From an uncultured Phycisphaerae bacterium (GTDB taxonomy: Bacteria; Planctomycetota; Phycisphaerae; Sedimentisphaerales; Anaerobacaceae), in assembly GCA_963726475.1 (NCBI GenBank), contig CAVSCO010000052.1, positions 588 through 64,587 of the forward strand: a stretch of DNA of 64,000 nucleotides. Reading direction: 5' to 3'. The position numbers and the translations under genes were made by a program. Shown here one piece after another: positions 56,463 to 64,000 of the stretch. The stretch's first letter is position 1. Each line of letters begins with the position of its first letter. A model generated the notes under the pieces. It was not told the DNA's origin, made no database searches, and worked only from the letters and a program-made list of their open reading frames with translations.

Positions 56463-58993
56463 ATGAACGAGACCGGAATGCACATCTGTCGGAAACTGCT
56501 GCTGGCAGCGATGCTCCTCTCACTGAATGCATCATTGACAATCGCTCAGGAATCGGCGGCGGTCAAGACGTGGCAGGTCTTCCAGGTCGAGATGACCGGG
56601 ACGCAGACCGAGACAAATCCGTATGTCGCCTGGCTCCGGGAAGGAAAGCCGGCACACGTGACAGTTCGATTCACCGGCGTCTCCGGACAAGCGGCCGGCA
56701 AGGAAATAGCTGTGGTCCCCGGTTTCTGGGATGGCGGCACCACCTGGAAGGCGCGTTTCGCTGCGCCGGCACCGGGCGAGTGGACGTATCGAGAGCCGGT
56801 CGGAGGACCCCGGTCTTAACGATGTCTCTGGCAAACTCACGTGCACTGCATGGACGGAGGACCAGAAGAAAAATGTCCCAACCCGTCACGGTTTCGTGCG
56901 CGTCCACACCGAAGGCAAGCGAGCGGGCCGCTACTTCGAATATGCCGACGGCACGCCCTTCCTCTGGGTCGGAGATACGTGGTGGAACTGGACGCAACGC
57001 GGGATCAAGTTCGAGACGTTCAAGAACCTCGTCGACGACCGTGTGAAGAAGGGTTTCACCGTGGGACAACTCTTCTTCGCGGCCAACGGCTGGGGCCGGC
57101 GCAGCTCGCTGCTCAATAGGGATTACGATGAACCCGATATCGAGCAGATCCGGTTCGTCGAGCGCTGCATTGCCTACGCGAACGAGCAAGGGATCACCGT
57201 CTGGATTCACCCCTGGTGGAGCCGTGCGAAGTTGAATGAAACAGTCGGCCCGGAGAAGATGCGCCGCTGGTGGCGTTACGTCATCCACCGGCTCGGCGCC
57301 TACAACGTCATCTGGACGCTGGCGGGCGAATACAACATGAACGACTACGGGGGTCTCGGACTGGATTTCTGGAAAGACCTCGGCGCGATGGTTGCGGCCG
57401 AAGATCCGTTCGGCCATATCATCGGCGCCCATCCGACCCCGCCTGCCTGGGGTGGCGGTGCCGACGCACCGCAGTGGTCCACCGCCGAAGTGCTGCACAA
57501 CGAGCCATGGCTGGACTACAATCAGAGCCAGACGGCGCATGCACGTTGGCGAAATGAATATGCCCCTACCGTCGTCGCGCAGGCTTATGCCAAGACCCCG
57601 CCCAAACCGATCGTTATCACCGAGCCCTGGTACGAGTTTGCATTGGATGCGCCGGAGGCGAAGCACATCCGCTTCTGCACGTGGGCCGCGATGATGAACG
57701 GTGCCGCCGGACATACTTACGGTGGAGGTCATGTCTGGTTGGGCTATCTGCCCGACGTATCACGGCGTCGAACCGACGACGGTGGACAATCGTGGCCAAT
57801 CGATCCCGATTTCGAGACGAACACATTGGACTATCCCGGCGCACGGGGATTGCCACATGGCTCGCGTCCTGCGATCCCTCGATTGGTGGCGGCTGGAGCC
57901 TCATCCTGAGTTTGTCGTCGAGAACCCGTCGAGGTATTGCCTGGCAACCCCGGGAGAAGTCTACGTCATGTTCCTGCGCTGGGGTGGCGCCGTGAAGGTC
58001 GACCTGAGCTCATACGAAGGCGTCACCTTTACGCGGCAGTGGATCGATCTCGTCACCGAGAAAACGCACGCACCACAGGAACTTGCGGGCGGCACGGTCC
58101 ATACGATTAATGCCCCGGAAAACTTCCCGGCTGTACGACAGGAAAAAGACTGGATTCTACTTATCAAGGCGGTCAAGCCGGCACCCGAGCAGAGAGCGGA
58201 GGCCACCCGAAGAAATCAGCGTCCACGTCGAGAGATCAAATGGGTCAATCCCGACCTTCCCGCGGGGACTGGGCTCTCACACCACATCCTGGCAAGCCAG
58301 GCGCTGGGACACGATGTCGGGTACGTGGTCTGGACCCCGCGTGAGTATTCCGAGAACGCCAGCAAGCGCTATCCCGTGATCTACTTCCTGCATGGGGCCG
58401 GAGGGACCGAAGCGGCGGATTCGGCCGGCTTCTCCGGTTGGGCCGCCAAGGCCATCGCCAACGGCTCACTGCCTCCCGTATTGTGCGTCTTCCCCAACGG
58501 CGGGATGAGTGGCTATCGCGGGGACGTCGAGAAAATGATCGTCGAGGAGTTGATTCCCTTAATCGACAAGGACTACCGCACCATCGCCAAGCCGCAGTCG
58601 CGTGCGTTGGCAGGATTCTCGATGGGCGGGTCCGGATCGGTCTATCTTTCGATCATGCACCCCGATCTGTTCTGCGCCGCAGGCAGCATGGGAGGTGGTA
58701 TCCGAGGAAGCGATGAAATCATGGCGGCCATCGACAAAGCCTTGCCCATCTGGAAGAAGAACAACTATGGCTTCTTCCTGGTCAACGGCGACAACGATCG
58801 CCCTGATGCGTTCACAGATTTCGCGAAAACTCTGAACGAGAATGGGATCGAAAACGAAGTCCTGATCCTGCCTGACACGCGACATAACCTCGGACTGTAC
58901 TACGAGCGATCCGTGAGCAAATTGCTGGCCTTTCTGGGCAAGCACATCGAGCGATTGAAAACAATCGAGAAGCCATCATCCAAGACACTATAG
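56463..58993 (+). CDS. DUF5060 + DUF4038 (apiosidase-like) + C-terminal domain + alpha/beta esterase fusion (frameshifts near 56790 and 57850)
   Basis: GFWDGG..WKARF..P..GEWTY; YADGTPFLWVGDTWW; WTLAGE; EPWYE; GHTYG; YPVIYFLHG, GFSMGG. Confidence 0.8.
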
Positions 58994-59011
58994 CCTGATA
59001 TTGGAGATGTG

Positions 59012-59389
59012 ATGAGTGATACGATCGAAACACAGATTCTCGAGGCGGAAGAACAACTCCGACAAGCTATGCTGGCGTCTGACGTGAACGCGCTCGACGA
59101 CCTGCTGTCCCCCGAACTGATCTTCACGAATCACCTCGGACAGGTGATGGGCAAACAGGACGACCTCGCCGCCCACTAATCAGGCCTCGTCGAGATCAGT
59201 GAGTTGACGCCTTCCGAGCGACAGATTCGCATTTGCGGTGATACTGCAATCGTCTCCGTTCGCGTCCACTTGTCGGGCAGCTACGCGGGCACCCCATCCG
59301 AAGGCAACTTCCGCTTCACCCGTGTCTGGACTCTCTCTCCAACGGGTACGTGGCAAGTCATCGCGGGCCATTCCGGGCTAGTGACATAG
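59012..59389 (+). pseudogene. DUF4440/NTF2-like protein with in-frame TAA at 59177
   Basis: AML.SDV.ALDDLL..ELIFTNHLG...KQDDL.AH*SG...FRFTRVW...WQVIAGHS. Confidence 0.8.
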
Positions 59390-59401
59390 AGAGTACCCAA
59401 T

Positions 59402-59740
59402 ATGCAAAAGACGCTTTATCGTTGGATGCCTCTGATGATTGGATTGCTGTGCGTCCTGGGAGTCTCGTCCCTACTGTCCTGGGCGGAAGGTGGCAAACTC
59501 GGATGGGGATGGCACACACGCGTGCGCATGTCCTTCTGGACAGCGTCGGGACCGTTCGGCGGGTTACTCTACGGTGCCAGCCATAAGTCATGGCTCTGGA
59601 TCTTCTCCTGGGCTGCGCTTTTGGGATGTGCCATGCTCGCCTATTCGCTTCGTCCCTGCAAGCTCACCGCATGGATCACGGCGATCGGCTTCATACTATG
59701 GCAGTTGCTGGGCTTCGCGACGGCCAGAGCAGGCGTTTGA
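59402..59740 (+). CDS. Small membrane hypothetical protein
   Basis: 112 aa, several hydrophobic segments. Confidence 0.55.
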   Translation: MQKTLYRWMPLMIGLLCVLGVSSLLSWAEGGKLGWGWHTRVRMSFWTASGPFGGLLYGASHKSWLWIFSWAALLGCAMLAYSLRPCKLTAWITAIGFILWQLLGFATARAGV

Positions 59741-59869
59741 AAGCGGCATGCATATCCAATCTACCAGCCCAAACCCGACAGAACGCTGGGTTGGCGCAGT
59801 CGGAGCCAAACCGCTATGATCGGCAACAGGTCGGATCGCTATGAACCACCGATTTGCGGGAGGCATCGG

Positions 59870-61473
59870 ATGAATCGAAGAGAGTTTCTGGTCAGGTCAG
59901 GTTTGTCGTGCATGGGTTTGAGCGCCGTGGCAGGTTGTGCTTATGCAGCCTCCGAGCGAAAGACCGCAAAGCAGCCCAACATCATCGTTCTACTGGCCGA
60001 CCAACTGCGATATCAGTCCTGTGGCTATGCCGGTGACAAGCAACGCCCATACGCCACGCATCGACCGCTTGGCCTCCGAGGGGATGAGTTTCCGCCAGGC
60101 CGTTTCGCACATGCCCGTCTGCTCGGCCTACCGCGCTTCGCTGTTTACGGGCAAACACACCAGCGGCACGGGGATGGTCATCAACGAGCTGCGAATCAAT
60201 CCCAACCAGAGGTGCCTGGGCCACGTGCTGACCGACGCCGGCTACGAGACCGGATACATCGGCAAGTGGCACCTGTACGCCAACCAGCTTGGCAATCATT
60301 TCAACCCGGTCAACTCGTTCGTTCCTCGAGGCCCTCACCGCCTCGGGTTTGACGGCTATTGGGCCGCCTACAACTTCCACCACCAATACTATGGCAGCTA
60401 CTACCACACCGAGTCGCCCGAGAAGATCTTCTATGGCGAAGGCGTCTTCGAGCCCGATGCGCAGACCGATATGGCGATTGACTTCATCTCAAAGAAGGCC
60501 GATGCCGAAGATCCGTTCTTCCTGATGGTCTCGTACGGGACACCGCACGATCCGTGGGTCAAGAGCAACGTGCCCAAGAAGTACTATGATATGTTCAAGG
60601 GCGTGACGTTCGAGATGCCTCCCAATTACTCCGATGAGATGGATCCGTACGGTGATGGCTGGTCCAACATCGAGAAGAGCCCCGAGAAGATCGATGAGTG
60701 GATGCGCAACTACTACGCGATGACCGCCAACCTCGACTGGAATATCGGCCGCGTTCTGGACGCGGTTGACAAGGCGGGCTGGCCAAAGATACGCTGATCA
60801 TGTTCAGTTCCGATCATGGTGAGATGTTTGGCGGGCATGGACGGATGAAGAAGAACATCTTCTACGAAGAGGCCGCTCGCATCCCGTTCCTGATGCGCTG
60901 GAAAGGTCGCATTCCCGCCGGCGGGGTGTCCGATGTATGCCTGAACACGCCGGACATCATGCCGACCCTGCTGGGCCTGGCGGGGCTCGGTTCGAGCATC
61001 CCGGAGAGCGTCGAGGGCATGGACCTGAGCCAGGCGCTCAAGGCAAGTCCGGCCCCGAACCAAACGCGGCTTTTCTCATGAACACCGGTGCCTGCGCCGT
61101 CTGGGAAGATGGCCACGAATGGCGGGCTCTGCGTGACAACCGCTTCACCTATGCCGTCTTTCGGGGCGAAGGCCCGAAGAATCTGCCCCGCAAGGAAGTC
61201 CTGTTCGACCACGTCGCCGACCCGTACCAGATGAAGAACCTGGCCAACAGCCCGGCCCACCGCGAACGCCTCCAGAAGTACCGGAACATGCTCAAGGCGA
61301 AGATGGCCAGACTCAACGACACCTTCCCCGCCTCAAGCTGGTACCGCGACCACTGGACCGACGGCAACCGCCTCATCACCGCCAGCGCCCAGGGCCCCTT
61401 TCCCGCAGAAGAAGCCAACTTCCTGAAAATTCTCGCGGTTCGGCCGTTACCATTTGCCGCTGCCCTGCCTTAA
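59870..61473 (+). CDS. Tat-exported sulfatase (frameshifts near 60040, 60780, 61040)
   Basis: NRREFL; PNII...DQ; TPRIDRLA; VCSAYRASLFTG; GKWH; PHDP; SDHG; IPFLMRW; LFD...DPYQM.NL. Confidence 0.9.
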
Positions 61474-61509
61474 TCATGGGGGACCAAGAACGGTTTTTTT
61501 CACGAGATA

Positions 61510-63123
61510 ATGCGGATGCAGAAACTGTATATCCTGCTCCTGGTCGTGTTTGTTCTTGGCACAGGCTGCGGGAAGAGGCAGCCAATCCCTGGCAGTGAAG
61601 AGCTCATACACGCCGTTGCCTTCGGAGACACCGCATACGTACAATCTTTGATCGCGCAGGGAGTGGACGTTAACGCTATGGACAAGGACGGCAATCTGCC
61701 CCTTCAGGTCGCCGCCTCCCGAGGGTTCGACTCTATCGCTGAGCTGCTTCTCAACGCAGGTGCCAACATCGACGCGATGAATGGCGACGGGGAGACACCT
61801 CTGTTCTGTGCGATGAGGGCGGAACTCAAGGACACCATAGCCTTTCTCACTAAGAGAGGCGTGCACATCACAATTCACGTTGCCACCTACCTGGGCAATG
61901 GCGACGAAGTCGCACGGTTATTGGCTGAGGGGAGTGACATCAACGCTCGAGATGCGAGCGGTGACACGCCGCTGCACATCGCATCAGGATATGGGTACGC
62001 GCAGGTGGCGGAATTGCTCATCGAGTGGGGCGCTGATGTCAAAGCACCGGATGCGCGAGATCTTCCTCCTCTGTGGCGTGCAGCCTTCAATGGGCACACA
62101 ACGATCGCCGTACTTCTAATGACCAATGGTGCTAAGGTGGATGCGTACACTCTACGGTGGGCTGCCCTGGGGGGCCACATCGATATGGTCAGATTCCTCG
62201 TGGATAAGGGCACTCCAGTCAATCTGCCCGACGACGGCGGGTCTCCCGCCCTCGTCGGGGCTGCCGAGAATGATCGGGAGAACATAGCCGAGTTACTCTT
62301 GTCCAGAGGGGCACAGATTGGGCCCAGAGATAGATACGAGGACGGATGTTTGCTCAGGTTTTCGGCTAGGCATGGGTTCTTGAATCTAGCTGAGAGTCTC
62401 CTGGACCGAGGCACCGATATCAATGCGATCCATGGGTACCGAGACGGAGCGACGCCACTGCTTGAAGCCATCCGGTACGGGCAGAAGGAGGTGGCAGAAC
62501 TGCTTATTACCCATGGAGCCAATGTCAATATCGCAGACGCGAGTGGTACGACGCCTCTACTCGCAGCGGCTTCAAATGGCGATGACATCATGGCACAGTT
62601 GTTGATTTACAATCACGCCGACATGAGCATCATCGATCAGCACGGGAATTCGCTTCTGCATATCGCCGCACGTACGCGAAACAAAGCCTTGGTCTCGCTG
62701 TTTCTGCACAAAGGTGCCAACGTCAACGCGAGGAACCCCTCCGGCAACACGCCGTTGCACGTGGCAGCCGAAGAAGATGATGTAGAGATACTCCAAGCGC
62801 TGATAGCGAACGGCGATTTAGTAGATGCAAAGAACGGCTCTGGTTGGACACCACTACACTATGCTGCAAGGCACAATGCAAGCCGAGCGGCCGATACACT
62901 TCTTGCGGCGGGAGCTGATGTGAATGCCGGAGAGGGCAATGGAAACACAGCACTGCACATCGTAGCCCTCCGCGGATTCGTGGATACGCTGCGGGTACTT
63001 CTAAACCACGGCGCCCAAATCACAACACGGAATCACGCCGGAGAGACGCCGCTTGAAACTGCCATAAGACTCAGACATGGCGAGGCTGTGCAAGTGCTGG
63101 GCACATACGAGCCTCGGGAGTAG
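61510..63123 (+). CDS. Ankyrin-repeat lipoprotein
   Basis: GTGC lipobox; many G.TPLH.AA..G...LL..GADVN repeats. Confidence 0.92.
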   Translation: MRMQKLYILLLVVFVLGTGCGKRQPIPGSEELIHAVAFGDTAYVQSLIAQGVDVNAMDKDGNLPLQVAASRGFDSIAELLLNAGANIDAMNGDGETPLFCAMRAELKDTIAFLTKRGVHITIHVATYLGNGDEVARLLAEGSDINARDASGDTPLHIASGYGYAQVAELLIEWGADVKAPDARDLPPLWRAAFNGHTTIAVLLMTNGAKVDAYTLRWAALGGHIDMVRFLVDKGTPVNLPDDGGSPALVGAAENDRENIAELLLSRGAQIGPRDRYEDGCLLRFSARHGFLNLAESLLDRGTDINAIHGYRDGATPLLEAIRYGQKEVAELLITHGANVNIADASGTTPLLAAASNGDDIMAQLLIYNHADMSIIDQHGNSLLHIAARTRNKALVSLFLHKGANVNARNPSGNTPLHVAAEEDDVEILQALIANGDLVDAKNGSGWTPLHYAARHNASRAADTLLAAGADVNAGEGNGNTALHIVALRGFVDTLRVLLNHGAQITTRNHAGETPLETAIRLRHGEAVQVLGTYEPRE

Positions 63124-63153
63124 CGTCCGAAACAGACCTGCGTACGGCATCCA

Positions 63154-63816
63154 CTATTCGCTGTAGTCATAGGGCTCCTTGCCCTGCTTGAGGCGGCAGT
63201 GGCGCTGCATCCCGCGGAGGGTTTGGGTCAGCCAATCGGCGAGTTGTTCGTTGGTCATCTTGCGGATCTCGTCGGGGGCCAAGGGTTTGCCGAACCAGAC
63301 GACGATCGGACCGGGCGAGAATAGCTTGCGATGGCGGGGCCAGCACTCGAATGCACCGTCGACCATTGCCGGCACGACGGGTGCCTTCGACCGACGGCAC
63401 AGCAGGCCAAAGCCCGGCTTGAACGCGGTGATCTTGCCATCGGTGCTGCGCGTCCCTTCGGGATAGAGACAAACGCCGTGACCTTCCTTGAGCTGGGCGA
63501 GCACCAGCTTGATCGCGCCGATATCAGCCTTGTCCCGCGACAGCGGAATGGCGTTCGTCGAGCGAATCAGACCACCGAAGAAGCGCGAGTTGAAGAGCGT
63601 GTCGCGGGCCATAAACAGCAGGCGACGCCGGGCTCCGATCCCCATGAAGACCGGATCGAGGAAGCTCTGATGGTTACCTGCAATGATGAAGGGCCCGTTG
63701 GACGGGACGTTATTGCGGCCGTACACCCGGTAGCGAAAGAACAGCAGCGTGAACACCTGGCACATGAACCGGGCCACGAAGTACCACTTGACTTTGATCG
63801 TTTCCTTCAACGCCAT
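63154..63816 (-). CDS. plsC: 1-acyl-sn-glycerol-3-phosphate acyltransferase
   Basis: NHQSFLD, FMAR, YPEGTRS, VVP. Confidence 0.9.
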   Translation of the reverse strand: MALKETIKVKWYFVARFMCQVFTLLFFRYRVYGRNNVPSNGPFIIAGNHQSFLDPVFMGIGARRRLLFMARDTLFNSRFFGGLIRSTNAIPLSRDKADIGAIKLVLAQLKEGHGVCLYPEGTRSTDGKITAFKPGFGLLCRRSKAPVVPAMVDGAFECWPRHRKLFSPGPIVVWFGKPLAPDEIRKMTNEQLADWLTQTLRGMQRHCRLKQGKEPYDYSE

Positions 63817-63893
63817 GAAAACGTAAAGACCAAAAAGCAAAGATCAAAATGTCGGAATCGGCCGAAGGCGAATGACTTCCTCGATTCCGCGTT

Positions 63894-64000
63894 TTATCGG
63901 TTGATGTGGCTGAGCAGGCACTCGACGACTTCATCGACCGTCAAGCGGGTCGTATCGACGCAAATCGCGTCGGCCGCCGGCTTCAGTGGACCGACCGCCC
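63894..64000 (-). CDS. cmk: Cytidylate kinase, 3' end (runs off window)
   Basis: AVGPLKPAADAICVDTTRLTVDEVV; usual cmk-plsC order. Confidence 0.85.
   Translation of the reverse strand, partial: AVGPLKPAADAICVDTTRLTVDEVVECLLSHINR

Noticed and set aside
58990-59820. Integron cassette array
   Set aside because: No attC-like RYYYAAC...GTTRRRY structures and no integron integrase seen

Overview
High-GC (~60% by eye) bacterial chromosome segment. The gene inventory (DUF1559/H-X9-DG prepilin-like protein, lamin-tail/CotH giants, LamG-discoidin protein, IPAPGA-type PEP-CTERM, Tat sulfatase, many glycan enzymes) points to Planctomycetota, probably Phycisphaerae/Sedimentisphaerales (inference). Bases 1-4762 are the lower-GC right end of an element integrated in tRNA-Asp: small phage-like genes, a minimal clamp-loader-type AAA+ ATPase, a short tyrosine recombinase, a TerB-like membrane protein and a broken PEP-CTERM gene, ending in a tRNA 3' fragment (attR). 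Next come parE/parC, MscS, an orphan lipoprotein secretin, a YjiK-like propeller and a TAXI solute-binding protein fused to a K+-channel-type pore plus RCK domain. These are followed by a glycan cluster, two tandem lamin-tail/CotH paralogs, ccsBA-DUF4838-fetAB, a PIN toxin-antitoxin pair, a LarA homolog and greA. The right part holds an ATP-grasp/DmpA fusion coupled to an acetylpolyamine amidohydrolase-like gene, Tat hemerythrin plus DoxX, further glycan enzymes, an ankyrin lipoprotein, plsC and the 3' end of cmk. About 14 genes or gene segments carry single-base frameshifts, most likely sequencing errors. Best candidates for undescribed systems: (1) the TAXI-pore-RCK fusion, a putative periplasmic-ligand-gated channel with an FSGFED filter and an internal RCK start; (2) the ATP-grasp/Ntn-peptidase bifunctional enzyme with its deacetylase; (3) the element's mini clamp loader and an unannotated peptide read through the att site. 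All family assignments come from motif recognition by eye; no searches were run.
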